64,000 nucleotides of DNA from Octopus sinensis (Eukaryota). This document shows positions 25,125-39,222 of the stretch, piece after piece (within the stretch, counting starts at the first letter, position 1; every line of letters begins with the position of its first letter). The position numbers and the translations under genes are program-made. The notes beneath the pieces were generated by a model. The model worked only from the letters and a program-made list of their open reading frames with translations, was not told the origin of the DNA and made no database searches. The stretch covers positions 25,358,001 to 25,422,000 of the forward strand of contig NC_043008.1 in NCBI RefSeq assembly GCF_006345805.1, in the 5' to 3' direction.

Positions 25125-25672
25125 AATCGCTTCGATCCTGTTTCTCGCATTCAGCTCTGTCTTGAGTATTGCTCTTACTCTGCGATAGCATTCTCTCCTG
25201 ATCCTTTCCTTCATCTCTGAATGCCTTATTCCTTCTCCTTCAATTACCCCTAGATACTTGTAGTTCTCTGCTGGGTCTAATTCTTTTATGACATTCTGCT
25301 GGTCAAGGTTAACGTTAGATGTTTCTGTCATTTTTCCTTTGATAAAGGTAGCTTTTGCGCATTTATCGAGGCCAAATTGCATTCTGATGTCATCACTGAA
25401 TTGTTTGACAATCGCTAGTAAGCCCTTGAGTTGTTGGTCATTTTTTGCAAAGAGCTTTAAATCATCCATGTAAATGAGATGATTTATATTTTTATCAAAC
25501 ATTTTATATCCGTACTGCGCATCATTCAGCAGTTTTGAGAGAGGTATTAAGGCTAAACAGAAGAGGAGCGGTGATAGTGAGTCACCCTGGAAAATGCCAC
25601 ATGAAATTTTTACATCACCAGCATTTAGAGATTCATTGTCACAATTTTTACATCACCAGCATTTAGAGATTT
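25125..25672 (-). mobile_element. R4/Dong-type non-LTR RT fragment with open frame
   Basis: GIFQGDSLSPLLFCLAL...YMDDLKLFAK...FGLDKCAK...YKYLG; abuts (TAA)n. Confidence 0.88.
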
Positions 25673-25803
25673 TATTATCATTATTATTATTATATTATTA
25701 TTATTATTATTATTATTATTTTTTTTTTTTTTATTATTATTATTATTCTTTGATACAAATACACAGCTTATTTTTGCTGGGTATGATAGAAAGTGTTATT
25801 ATA

Positions 25804-25840
<37 letters not shown>

Positions 25841-25879
25841 TTTGATACAAATACACAGCTTATTTTGCTGGGTATGATA

Positions 25880-26010
25880 GAAAGTGTTAGCTGTCCACAG
25901 TCAGTAGACTAAGGTGATACTTGTTAAATGGTCATGTTTCAAGAACCCTGCAATGAATTCTTGTGGTTCCAAGCAATGCTGATTTTTGTAACTAATTCCA
26001 AGCAATACTG
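25880..26010 (-). mobile_element. R4/Dong-type 3' terminal fragment
   Basis: LQKSALLGTTRI..RVL-like C-terminus on the minus strand. Confidence 0.55.
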
Positions 26011-29000
26011 ATTTATTATTATTAGTAGTAGTAATAGTATTCCTTGCATTTCCTCCACCATTTGTACTTCATTCACTGTAATCACTGCTTCACCCATTCT
26101 CTATCTCTGACCATCTCTCACTTTCCCATATACTCTTGTCACTTCTACTCAACCAGACTCCCTGAAATTCTCTTCCCACTATCTTTGTGAACTTCATACC
26201 TTGAAGATCTCTTCTGACACCCCATCATCATTATTTTTATCTCTATCCTCCTCCACTCTTGTGCAATTTCTCTTTAACAAGTTACTCTCACTTTTTCTTT
26301 TATCATGAGAGTAGCTACGTAGCTCCTCTATGGCAAGGAAAACATTCTGCTTAGGACCCTTCTCACTTAGTATGAAACTGCCTTCTTTACTGTGATCCTT
26401 TTCACTCAATGAATGGAATCTTAGTCTTGCAAGCTGCAAGACTTGTGGCAACCTTTGTAGTACATGGTGTAAAGCAGTTGTTATTAAGAGTGGAATCTAG
26501 CTGTAGAATCCATGTCAAAGCATACATTGGAACTTGATGCTGTCCACTGAGTCATCAGTTCTTCTCAAACGATCCAACCCAAAATGTTTTCTATTGAATT
26601 ACATAGACTCAAGAGATTTTTCCTCAATAATTACATTATTTTAGATGCAAATGTTTGGTCTCCTGCAACATGATCCTTAAGCTGAATGTTGTTGATTCTA
26701 TGAAGGTTTTTTTTAACATGATGTCATTCCAAATATAAGTAAGAGACAAAATTCTTGCAGAGTAGCATGAATTGAAGCAGAAAGAACTCTGATTGTTGCT
26801 TCAAAGAAAGAAATATTACATCTATTATTGCAGCTAAAACAACTGTAAACGTAATACCAATTGTGGAATGAAATGCATCAATATTAACAAACAGATTTAC
26901 TTCTAATCTTGTCTTAAGAAACTCTACATTTAATTCATTGTTTTGCTTTTATTATAGGAAATGGACAGTAGTAACTGTCTTAATATTTACAAATAAGTAA
27001 TATATTTAAAATGTATTTATATTCAGGCTAAGTGCCAAGCATAAATATTTATGTAATTATTTAGTGGATATTCATCAGACTTTGAATTACTTGCATATGT
27101 TACAATCTTCCAAACTTATGTATATATGCAAAGCTACACAGACACTTATGAGCGATGTACAGCATAATAAATAATATGTTTATGTGGTAGGGCGGGACGT
27201 TGTAAGAAAGTGTGAGAGGGAAAAGGAGCAGGTGCAATATTATATAGTCTGTGTGACTGTGTGTATGTTGTTCTTGAGTTGGTCTGAATATGTATGTCTG
27301 TATTAGTGTGTGTGTAAGTGTGCTAGCAAGTAGCTGAAATAAAGATTTTCGAATATTATATACCTCTTATGCAGACGTCTATTAAAACTTCTGTAAGAAA
27401 ATGATAAGATGGAATCTGAGATACAATTCCACAACAGAAGTTTTCAAAGACATTATAATACCTTAAACATTAAAGTAGTTAAATAATGACTTATGTTGCC
27501 ATAGAAATTATTACAATTGATTCTGTTCAGATTACTGCAGTTCAAATAATCTTCCCTATTACCATTCTTATTAACACTTTTATGACCATTTTCCCAGCTG
27601 TCTCTGCTTGCTTATTTATTTATTGGCCTCATAGTATCATTTCATCAGATAAATAAAACAGATCACAGACCTAAATTCACCTTATTTCCATTTCAATAAT
27701 AAATGTGAGTCCATTGACTGGGCAGAGATAGCAGAATACCAGATTAAATGCTTTGCAATATTTAAATATTTTCCATCTATATTCTTAGACATTATTTCCT
27801 GGGTTATCATTGGATTTTACACCTCTTGGGTTAGTAAATACTAGTATTATACTAAAATCAACTTCCTTGTACATTTTTCTTGTACCTAGTCAAAACAAAT
27901 CAACAATGTGATGGAACTGTAACGTAAAAGTAAATACAGAAAACATTGTAACTGTGATTCAGTTTCAATTTTTTGCAAGATATTTTTGCCTTTATGATAC
28001 ACAAGGAGCATCTATGAAAAGAAAAACAACATTTTATTATTATGTTTTAATGGGTTATTTATTCCATCTTATGATTGTTATGTTTTTAGTCCAAGATCAT
28101 GTTTTTAGTCCAAGATTGGGTAGCAGTATGAGCAAAACCTATTTCAGTATTGAAATTCTTGTCATTTTCAGAAGTATGTATGGCAGCATTATCAAGCATG
28201 TATTCCTGTTATTTAGAATAGTTCCAGTGAGATTTAGTTACTGCACTGTAAATCACTATCTGAGCAAGAAGCAAATAATGTAGAGGAAGTTGTTCACCTA
28301 AAATTAACAGCCCTCAAATTCTTTATATAATTTATTCATTTTAAATATATATTTAGGGAATACATAGTATCCCTGAATATTTTGTTTAATCTGAGTTTAT
28401 CCCTACAACTCAAATCCTGCTATGTATCTCACAAAAGTCTTGAGGGTAACTTAAGTATACCTGAATTGTTTTTTTATTTCTTCATGTTAATTACTTGGAA
28501 GGGACAGGAGAGTGTTTTTGTCATTGATTGACATTTTCTAAAATTTATTAGTTAATTAGTTTAATGTAATAGAAAATTGGGAAATGTACTCTAATCTAGA
28601 TTTGTGAATATAAGGAAACATGAAGTAATATTAAAAAAAACAATTTTGTTCATATATGCACCTTTCAAAGGTATACTAGCACCCATTTTTAAAACCCTAA
28701 CTTCAATTAAAATAGTTTAATGACTGTTTTAGGAGGCTCCCAAGATCCTTATCAGGGTCTCCAAGATTAGAGAGAGGAAGGAAATTTACTCTCAGATAAA
28801 ATACATGGCCCAAATGATTGCAGCAAAACTGACTCTACTAAATCCACCCAAATACCATGGAGTCATATGAAAATAGATGATGCATTTCATTTATAAGCAA
28901 AACTTATAATTTCTTGTGTGTTTAGGATGCATTCTTTTACTCTTTCTTATGGAAAGCTATTCTTATAGAAACCTATTCAAAAGTTAATGCCTTGAATTAA

Positions 29001-29984
29001 CTATCTTTTGTTTGGCAACTCTCTTGACAGAAGAGTTGCTGCCATATTAGCTTCTTAGTACCTTTAAAAATGTATCTTATATATTTTTACATATATTTTA
29101 TAGCCATTATATTCAAATTTGAAAGATGGTTAAAAATGATCAATTAACATCAACAACAATTGATAACTGTTGCTTTTCTGGACTTGGATTATTCAAAAGT
29201 CCTCTTTACAAACTGTGGAAGCAGAGCATGTCACCAGGAATACTCCTGAACACTTGCAATGCCTATATCAAAAGTGAACAAGTGATTACATTAGTTGTTT
29301 TTTTACTCCCAGATTAGTCCTACAAGCGAAGTCAGTTAAGCCAAGACAATTATTCAGTATGTTTTTTTTTATTATCTTTAACTACATTAGCCAATGTATC
29401 CTTCTTTTCTAATATGGATGATAGTATATTTGAAAGAATTTGGTTGCTCTTTGTTGTGGGTTGAATGACTAAATTTAGATTTCCGTTTTTGGATAATGAA
29501 TATATATTGCTAATGGTGGGTTTGAGGTAAAGATTGGTAATCCTGTAAAAGTTATGGTGGATTATGTTGGAGAGTAGCCAACATGTTTATCAATTTAGGT
29601 GGTCACCTGGTACAACAAATTATTCTTAGGAAGTGAGTTCTCGACGTGGTTGAATTTATAAGTGGAAATCGGTTCATGTAATGCACTTTTGCATGAAAAA
29701 AACATCAGTTGTTACAATTGTTTTGTCATCTGAAATTATCAGAATTTTTCATTTTGCTTCAAACAACCCCTAAAACAACATCATCACGTTTTTATGGCTG
29801 CATTACTCTATTGGTATAACGTTGGGGAAATTTGTTAAAGCACATTTTTCTACAGCTTGATGTCTTTTATGTTGCCAAATCTCTCCTGTTCTCAGGCAAA
29901 ATAATACTTTCCTGTAGCAACATGTTTTAATGGCAGATATGCAATGAATGACACTGGCACTCATTTACAATATTGATTTCAAAT

Positions 29985-30187
29985 TTTGGCACAAAGCCAG
30001 CAATTTCATCTAATGTGGTAAGTTGATTACATCAACACCCCCTCCCCTGCTCAACTGTTAGTTATTTTATTGATCCTGGAAAAATGAAAGGTAAAGATGA
30101 CCTGGCCAGAATTTGAATGGGGAACATGAAGATGGACAAAATGCATTTCACCTAATGTGTTAATGGTTTTGCCAACTCACTGCCTAC
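29985..30187 (-). mobile_element. MetaSINE-like SINE (degenerate)
   Basis: ATGAAAGGTAAAGATGACC..AGAATTTGAA core. Confidence 0.6.
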
Positions 30188-32919
30188 TCAGAAATAAATT
30201 AAATATTGCACAATGTTAAGATAAGGAGAGACCAACACACACACATTCATATATATATATATATATATATATAAATATATGTATATGTATATGTATATGT
30301 AACTGGCTTCTTTCAGTTTCCAACCACCAAACCCATTCACAAGGCTGTGATTAGCTGGGGAATATAGTACAAGATACTTGCCCAACATACCACCACACAG
30401 CTATATCTCTTCCCACACTTATATTAAAAATCATAATGATGATAAGGATAATTAAGAAGAATGTTGTCATTGTAGTAATGAGATTTATGCTAGAACTGAA
30501 GATTTTCTTTCAAAGATATATTAGAGGAAATTCTGACTTTCTCAGCAATTGATAATTGGTTATGGCAGCTTACGAAAGTTTTCCAGAAGAGTTAGATGGC
30601 AAAAGGAAAATGGGAAAACTTATATTCTGAAGCATCCAGTAAGAAAGATAATGGTTTTAATTAAACATCTATGCATATATTTGAATCCATTATTGCATTT
30701 TAGACAACTCCTTCAGATTGTATTATCATTAATTTCAAATGAATACTAAATATATTTAATAGTCTGTTCTATGTTCTTCATTTGAAGTATTTATTTTAGC
30801 ATCTTTTAATTGGTTTTGGTTTTCAAAAATATCAAATGATTGTTATTTTGAAAATTTTACATTATGATAATAGTTACATATTGATTGAATAGAACAACTG
30901 TAAAAGCAATTATGTATATCTCGGTTGCATTTATGAAAGTAGATTTGGATGCTATCAAAAATATGAGTGAGGTAACTAAGATATTGTATCAATGATGATA
31001 GATATTTATTAAATTTTGAATGATATTAAATTATGAAAGTCATATGGTAGATTAGACATGGTAGTTTAACTCTGATCTATACAAATCAATAAAATAATTA
31101 GATTAGGTAACTGAAATATATTAAATGAAAGTCTTTTTATGATGCCATAAAGCTATTTTATTGTATGATGTATGAGAAGTACATTAATTGAATTATGAAA
31201 TCATACAAGTATAATTCACACTGATATGATTTTACTTTTGAGTATAGAAAAATCTCTTAGTTTTATTTCATTTATTTAAATGAGATATTGTTTTAATTTT
31301 GAGTTACTTTGTCAAGTTTTTAAAATGTGGTTAAGTAAAACCTTTTACATATAAGTAAAACAATGGGAATGATGGTCTCTCAACTGAATCTAATACATTT
31401 TCTCTGTTCTTGATTATTTACAATTACATTTTGTTAATTCATCTGTTGCTTTCTCTGAATTTTTAGCATTCAAAATGTCTACAAGAAGTGTACTTGTTTA
31501 TAAACATGCTGTCTTTTTTTTAATATGGTTAACATATCTATAATTAATTTGTGTATTAACACAAGTAAAATTGTTCTGAATATTTTGGTTATTTTTTGTT
31601 TCAGGAGGGGATTTTTCTTACCACTAATGACCCAGGAAAGTGAAATCTTTTGGTACTTACTGTCACCTTAACAACTAAGAGAAAACAGATTCATCATCTT
31701 CAACAGAGCCTTGGAAAATGCATATAGTGGAGTTTAAATTAATATTTTTTGCATGTATTAATTTCAAACCTACTTAACAGCATTGTTGATAAAGAGAAAC
31801 ATAAGTATCAAATATTTTCAAATTTGCATATAATAACCATAATAAGTGAGCCCCTGAATTATGTTAATTTACTTTAAAATGTGAAAGAAAATAATATTAA
31901 AGAGTCTTAGAATATAAAATTTCAGTATGACTTCTGTGGAATGGTGGGATAAAATGGTTAGTTTTATTAGAGTAAAAGTTCAACATAACAATCTAATTAC
32001 AAATTATTGTACAAATTCAGCCAATTGTAATGAAGTACTATATCTAATATGAAGCTAACTATATAACCACTCTTTTAAAATTTACTTGATTAAAAACTTT
32101 TTTGCTCTGCACATTAAATATTTTAGCCTATCCTTATCCATATGTAATTTATACTGAAGGTATCCCAGGGATATTTTCCTTAAATCATTTAATATTTTTC
32201 CCAATGAAACTAAAAGTTGTCCTAATGTAGAGCAGTTGTATATTAGACTTATGTTTAACTTAAAAGATATAACAACAAAACATGTTTGCTGCACCCATTG
32301 TATACAACAAAGATAAAACTTGCTTTCCACTGCATGTTTCCATTTAATTTTTAATCAATTTAAACTTCAGAGTTCTTTTCAGTGGGTCCCTTTGTCAAGA
32401 AGTGTTATTATAAATAATGATTCTTTTTTTCATTGTAAGTGTAATTTCAATTGATAAATTATTGTTTCTTGCTCACAAAACCAAGTACTGTTATCAATCT
32501 TAGTAATCTGTTACTCTCTTCTTCCCTCTGTATATGTACATATGAATATAAGTATATATACATACATAATTAATAAGAAAAAAATGGAGGAAAAAGACAA
32601 CAACAAAAAACAACAACAATGCCAGAACATGGTACATGCAAAGTACTAATAAAAACGCTCTGAGAATGGAAGAAAGAGTAGTAGTTTTATGTTTGGGGCA
32701 AAGCTCTTCTTTGGAAACAGGTGGCATAGGAAAGTTCAAAACAAAAGAAAGAAGAAGGAAAAAGTTGCCAGCAGCCAATGTGTCATTATATTTTGGAATG
32801 ACCAGAAGTAGATGAACAAAGAGAAAGAGCTTTCTGGAACAGGAGAGTGTGTAGAATGGCTGGTATCTGTGTCTATGTGTGGGTGGGTGTGTAAGGTTGC
32901 ATGTAAGCTTGTCTACGCA

Positions 32920-33390
32920 TCTATGTATATACATATGTCTATGCGTGTGGGTGTGTGTATGTATACATGTGTATGTATATATGTGTATGCGTGGGTATGT
33001 ATATATGTGTATGTATATATGCACATGTTTATATATGTATGTGTATATATGTGTGCATATGTGTATGTATATATCCATATACATATTTATATATGTATAT
33101 ATGTGTATATATAAGGGTCTACATATATACATACATACATTCATACATATATATATGTGTGTGAATATGTGTATGTATATATACATGTTTATATATGTAT
33201 GTATGTGTATGGATATAAATATATATTGATATATGTATATATATATATAAACATATTTATATATGTATGTGTGCGTATATATATATATATATATATATAC
33301 TTACATATATATATGTATATATATATATATATATACTTACATACAGAAGACCAAATGTGTACATATGCTGCTATATGTATATATATATAG
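32920..33390. repeat. Compound (TG/TA/TATG)n microsatellite
   Basis: Direct sequence; source of the YI/CV-rich ORFs. Confidence 0.9.
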
Positions 33391-34105
33391 AAAAAACAAA
33401 AAACAATGGAACAAGAATTGTAGCAGGCGACAACAAAACATCCGGACAGTTAGATGATACAAAAAAGGACGGATTATTTCGCCAGTCGAATTCCAGATCA
33501 TCATTGCAGTTTTGGCTGGTTACACTCGAGACTGCTACAATCTGGCTGGCCTCAAGAAAATCTAAGCTAAGAGCACTAGATTCTTTGGAAGAGAGCAAGC
33601 AAATGTATACAAAAACAAGCATGAAAAAATTGAGAAATGGTACACAATTACAAATACAATCAACAGGTATTCTTCAACTTAGGATGAACTAAATAAAGCT
33701 GGTGTATGGAAGTGAAGACTTACACCCTGAACATAAGAGATGAATGTCATGGGAAGGGATATAAGAGATGCTACACGGATGGTAGCTGAACCAAGGAAGA
33801 TCAGGCTTGGCAGAACACTGGTCACATGGAAGGATAGGAGAGGGGTGGGGGAAAAGAGAGATTGAAGAATTAGGGAGGGACGAGAAAAAGAGAAAAAGAA
33901 AGGAAAAGGACAGAGTGAGGTGAAGATTGGCACAGCCTCAAGTGTAACTGGCTGAAACTGCAGCGATGATCTGGAACTCGACTGACAAAAGAAAGCTCCA
34001 AATGACACGTCCTTATTTTTTCCTGTCCTTTTTTGTATCATCTAACTGTCTGGATGTTTTGTTGTCGCCTGTTACATTCTTGTTCCATATTTTGTTTTGT
34101 TTTTG
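33388..34105. repeat. Foldback element with ~150-bp inverted arms
   Basis: 33388-33541 matches the reverse complement of 33924-34105. Confidence 0.8.
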
Positions 34106-34980
34106 GTTAATGTTGATATTATTACCTGGAAATGAAATCGAAAAAAAAATTAGTACGAGTGTAAAAAAAGGTGTAGGAAGCAAACATGAAAACAAAAATG
34201 TGCAGAAAGTAACGGGGTGGGAGGTGGAGATAGGACTTTGGAAAATTCACAAGATCCGAGTTTTTCCCTTGTAACTTTTAGGAAAATGGGTTTTATTAAA
34301 TGAAATTTTATACAAATACCTTTCAAACAACATACATTACGATTATAATGAAATTTATATGTGAAACAAGTAAAATTATAATATTAAAACAAAATATCTT
34401 TAACATACCTCTTAAAAATCACTGGATATATTAATCCCAGATTGCAGATTGTGGCATATTAAGTCACCGCAATTCATTCATCATAAAAAAGAAAAACATT
34501 TTCCTATACCTCTAGTTTCTAGTATTTCCCATATTTCCCCCCGCCATTTTTCTGAACAAAAATAAGGGGTTTGCAGCATATTAGGCATCTGTAATGCATG
34601 TCATGCAAAAAGTATTTATATACAATTTCATGAAAAGATATCCATTTTCCTCAAAGGAAAAAAATCGGATCTTGTGAATTTTTCAAAGTCTTATCCCCAC
34701 TCCTTTGGAAAAGATTTAACCCACAAATTTCATTATAATCGTAATATATGCCATTTGAAAGGTATTTATATAAAATTTCTTTTAAAAAAACCATTTTCCT
34801 AAAAGTTACGAGGAAAAATTCAGATCTTGTGAATTTTCCAAAGTCCTCTCCCCAAACCCCACCCCTGTTGCTTTACATGCATTGTTTTCATATTCATTTT
34901 CTACACCCTTTTTTTTACATCCGTTGCACTATTTATTTTTTCAATTTCGTTTCCAGGTAATAATATCAACATTAACCTTG
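34105..34980. mobile_element. MITE-like element with ~255-bp imperfect TIRs
   Basis: 34105-34360 vs 34726-34980 are inverted; extra partial TIR copy at ~34655-34700. Confidence 0.75.
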
Positions 34981-35047
34981 TGTTTTTTTCTATATATACA
35001 TATGGCGACATACATACACTTTTGGTCTCATATGTAAGTACATATAT

Positions 35048-35079
<32 letters not shown>

Positions 35080-36179
35080 AAATTTTGTACAACTATTTTA
35101 CTCTTTCTTTTAGCCCCTTCACACTTTCTTCATTCTTTCCACTTTTCTTATTCTCACTCACCCTCTCTCACATTTCTTGGCCTTCCCTTCATTCTCATCA
35201 CTTTCCCTCCTTCTTCACCTCACTCTGTCCCTTTCCTTTCTTTTTCTCTTTCTCATCCCTCCCTAATTCTTCAATCCCTCTGCCACCTATCTCTCTCCTC
35301 TCCTTCCACATGACCAGTGTTTTGCCAAGCCTGACCTTTCTTTCTTAGTTTGACTACCATCCATGTAGCATCTCTTATATTCCTACCCATGACTTTCATC
35401 TCTTATGTTCAGGGTGTAAGGCTTCACTTCCACACATGCCAGCTTAATTTAATTTGTCCTTAGTCAAAAGACCCCAGGACTTAATCTTTGCAATTTCATC
35501 AGTCCCTTTTGCTGATCTGCTAAGTTACAGGGGCCTAAACACACCAACATTTATAGGCAAACGATGGTGGGTAGACAGACACAGACACACAAATACATAT
35601 ATATATAAGGTTAAATAAAATGGACACAACAAGGAGTCAGTCAATGACCGAAAATATCATAGTGGTTTTGCACCATTACCATTGAGACCACTCAATTTTG
35701 GAGGTACCAGTGCTGTTATTAAGGTATTGGGAAAAAGCTAGAGAATGAATACTAAGACAGAAACAAACAAGACATTATATAAATACAACAGACAAAGAAT
35801 TATGCATATATAACAGCACAAAACTTTACGGTTATATACAGTAGAAGGAAAAAAATTAATAATTATACATATACTACAAATACAACAGAAAGAGCTTTGC
35901 AGCTATCGAATGAACCATGTGGTTAGGAAGTAAGCTTCTTACCACACAGCCACTCTTGCACATATATATGTATTAGAGAAAAAACACTATTATGCAATTC
36001 AAACAATGATAGACATAAACCAAATCATAAATAAAAAATAAAATATATTTTAAAACATATAACTAGATCACAAAAAGTGGTTTTTCTTTAATTTATATAT
36101 ATTATGTATTTATATTGTGAAATTTGATTTAATACTAAATTTAATTTTTCCCTGTAAGTTTGGAGTTATACTTCTTAAA

Positions 36180-36238
<59 letters not shown>

Positions 36239-36261
36239 TATATATAAATAACCAGAAAGTT

Positions 36262-36319
36262 TGAGACACTTACAACACCTAGGTTTTCCAAGTCGTCACC
36301 CATCTAAGAACTCACTAGG
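36262..36319 (-). pseudogene. Inverted copy of the 5S 3' half
   Basis: Reverse complement of 36372-36429. Confidence 0.8.
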
Positions 36320-36425
36320 GTCTTTGAAATTACCGTTTCTCATCTGACCACCAAAGTTAAGCAATGTCAAGCCTAGTGAGTACTTAGATGGGTGACTGCT
36401 TGGGAAACCTAAGTATTGTAAGCAT
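36320..36425 (+). pseudogene. 5S rRNA pseudogene (5' end missing or deleted)
   Basis: TTGAAA..ACCG.TTCTC.TCTGA.CACC.AAGTTAAGCAATGTCAAGCCTAGTGAGTACTTAGATGGGTGACTGCTTGGGAAACCTAAGTATTGTAAGC matches the 5S pattern, including the A/C-box region, with many substitutions. Confidence 0.85.
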
Positions 36426-36644
36426 CTCACAATTCCTATTATATATATATCAAAGTGTACAGTATTATATATCCATTATGGTCAATCTTACCAACTGGTT
36501 TTGCACTAAGGATTGAATGGAGTGTTGGATAACAGTCCAATTATGTAACCTTCCACTCATCAGAGGTAGCTGTTATGGAATGATACACGAATACACACAT
36601 GCACACACTCACATACACACATACATGCACACACACATATATAT

Positions 36645-37030
36645 AGGTACAGGTGGCTGTGTGGTAAAAAGCTTGCTTCCCAACTATGTGGTTCCACGTT
36701 CAGTCTCATAATGTAGCACCTTGGGAAAGTGTCTTCTGCCATAGTCTCAGGTGAACCAAAGCCTTGTGAGTGGATTTGTTAGACAGCATCTGGAAGAAGA
36801 CTATCCTATATATGTGTGTGTGTGTGTGTGTGTGTTTGTGACATTGTGTTTGTCTCCTACTACTGCTTGACAACTGGTGTTAGTGAGTATATGTCCCCAT
36901 AACTTATTAGTTTGGACAAAGTGACCAATAGAATAAGTACTAGGCTTCAGAAAAAATAAGTCATGGGGTTGATTTGTGCAACTAAATCCATTCAAAGTAC
37001 TACCCCCACATGGCCACAGTCTGAAACAAT
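36645..37030 (+). mobile_element. Near full-length tRNA-derived SINE
   Basis: Same family as 14186-14563. Confidence 0.8.
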
Positions 37031-37734
37031 TAAAAAATGATGCAATGGCCGTCCACTCATGATCGAGGAAGACCATTGCTGACCTTTAGGAACACTGTGC
37101 ACTCTAGGACTAACTTATATTTTGCATTTGTGGCTCGGTTGGTGGCTAATGAGCCCTGCTCTTGAAAAGCATATTCGACTGTCAACATTGCAAACCAAGC
37201 TTTCCCCATTCATTATACTAGCAATGAGCTTAAATTCTTCATGCAGTATACATGCTCTTTCAAAGGTGTCAGTCCCCTCCTTAACCTGCTTCCTCCGTCT
37301 GTAGTGATGACAGGCATTGCTCTCCAAGAGATACATACAAACACACACACATATATATTGTTTCATTTTAGGCTGGATCAACAAAACACGTACTCTATCC
37401 AGGACAAGATAAACATCATTTAATATACACAATTATCAAAAGAGCAACTAATAGTTTCATGCTGTAGATATATAATAATTTAGCAGATTTATATAACATG
37501 CCATGTATCACCAAGCAACTTTTCAGGCTTAGTGCATACATTTAGACATCAGTTGGTATGGATTGCTCTTGAAAGATTGCTTGGCATGTTTTATAAACCT
37601 GCCAACTATTGTATCTATACAGCATGAAATTATTAGCAACTTTTTCTAAAAAATTTCTACATTAAATAATATGTGCGTGTATGTGTGTATGGGTGTGTGT
37701 GTATGTTTGTGTGTGTGTGTGTGTATGTGTGTGT

Positions 37735-37980
37735 GTGCAAGCATGGCTGTGTGGTAAGAAGCCTTGCAAATGAATTTAGTTAATGGAAACTGAAAGAAAC
37801 CCAGTGTTTGCGTGTTTACATCCTCATAACTTAGCAGTTCAAAAGAGACCAATAGAATAAGTACTAGGCTTAAAAATTAAGTCCTGGGGTTAATTTGATC
37901 CACTAAAACTTTCCAAGACAGTGATCCAGCTTGGCTGCTGTCAGATGACTGAAACAAATAAAAGGGAAAAAAGAATAAAA
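37735..37980 (+). mobile_element. Internally deleted tRNA-derived SINE
   Basis: Head and 3' part of the 14186 family. Confidence 0.7.
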
Positions 37981-38799
37981 GAATATATGTGTGTATATAT
38001 TTAAATAGTATGCAAATATAAGTGTATTAATTATAACAGGAGATAAATTCTTGATGAATTGAAATTATCTCCTCTTCAAGAGAAAGTGAAATAATCACAG
38101 GTGATAATTGTATCAATTGTAAACGTAAAACAGTGATAAGCACAAGAAGAAAGAATTCTCCAAAATTTTGATATGACCTTAAGGAAGAGACAGTTTGTTT
38201 GTCTTGAGACAAATAGGCATCTGTGGACATTTGTTTTCTGCCTTAATGGACTTCATTAGTACAGCAGTTGTCTTATGTTTTATCTAACAGGTGAAATGAT
38301 TGGACAAAAAAAAAAAAGAAACTGAGAATAGCACATTGAAGGCCTTGGTAATTTTCTTATGCTTTGATAAACTGAGATAAGAGAGGTAGCTCACAGTAGC
38401 TACAAGTATGTACCTGAATAACAAAGACAAGACAGATATAATTGATAATGTACAAATTTTTGATTCATTGAAATTATATCTGCATCTAGAGAACATACAA
38501 CAAAATCTTCTAGCAATAACTGGACCAGCACCAAAATGAGAAGCAAGGATAATCTCAAGAATCTCATGACTGTTGATGTAGAAGGACATGTTCACAGCTT
38601 TTGGCTGGTAACCAGCATTTCAAAATTCAGGTGGCAAAAAGTCTACTTTTTAATTGTAAGGTGAAGAGTGGGTAAAGGTGTAGAGGAAAACAGAAAAAAG
38701 GGGATAGAGGTGCAGTGAAGTGGTGGAAAGAAGGATGTGAGAAGTAGGGGAGCTTTTAAGATATGGTCATTTAGATGTGTGTGTATAACAGTGTGTTCT

Positions 38800-39222
38800 T
38801 TTTATTCTTTTATATGTTTCAGTCATTTGACTGCAGCCATGCTGGAACACTGCATTAAAGGGTTTTGCCAAAGAAATCAGCCCCGAGATTTACTCTTTGT
38901 AAGCCTAGTACTTATTCTATCAGACTCTTTTATCAAACCATTAATTTATGGTCACATAGATGCACCAGCATCGGTTGCCAAGTGATGGTAAAGTGGACAA
39001 ACACAGACATACACACATAAGCATGCACGCACACATACACACACACACACATACACACATGATGGGCTTCTTTCAGTTTCTGTCTGTCAAATCCATTCAC
39101 AAGGTTTTATTTGGCCCTAGAATATAATAGAAGACACTTGTCCAAGGTGCCAAGCAGTGGGACTGAACCCAGAATCATGTGGTTAGGAAGCAAGCTTCTT
39201 ACCACACAGCCACGACTGTGCC
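38800..39222 (-). mobile_element. Near full-length tRNA-derived SINE
   Basis: Reverse complement of the 14186 family. Confidence 0.8.

Noticed and set aside
26200-26490. Possible minus-strand exon ending AAG|GTATGA
   Set aside because: Open frame and a plausible donor, but weak acceptor, no recognisable protein and no partner exons
27954-28283. 109-aa hydrophobic ORF, and similar ORFs at 7536-7916 and 24279-24569
   Set aside because: Composition expected from AT-rich non-coding DNA; no motif
33470-33520. Hammerhead-like TGATGA..CGAAA in arm A
   Set aside because: No C3 and no foldable stem I or II
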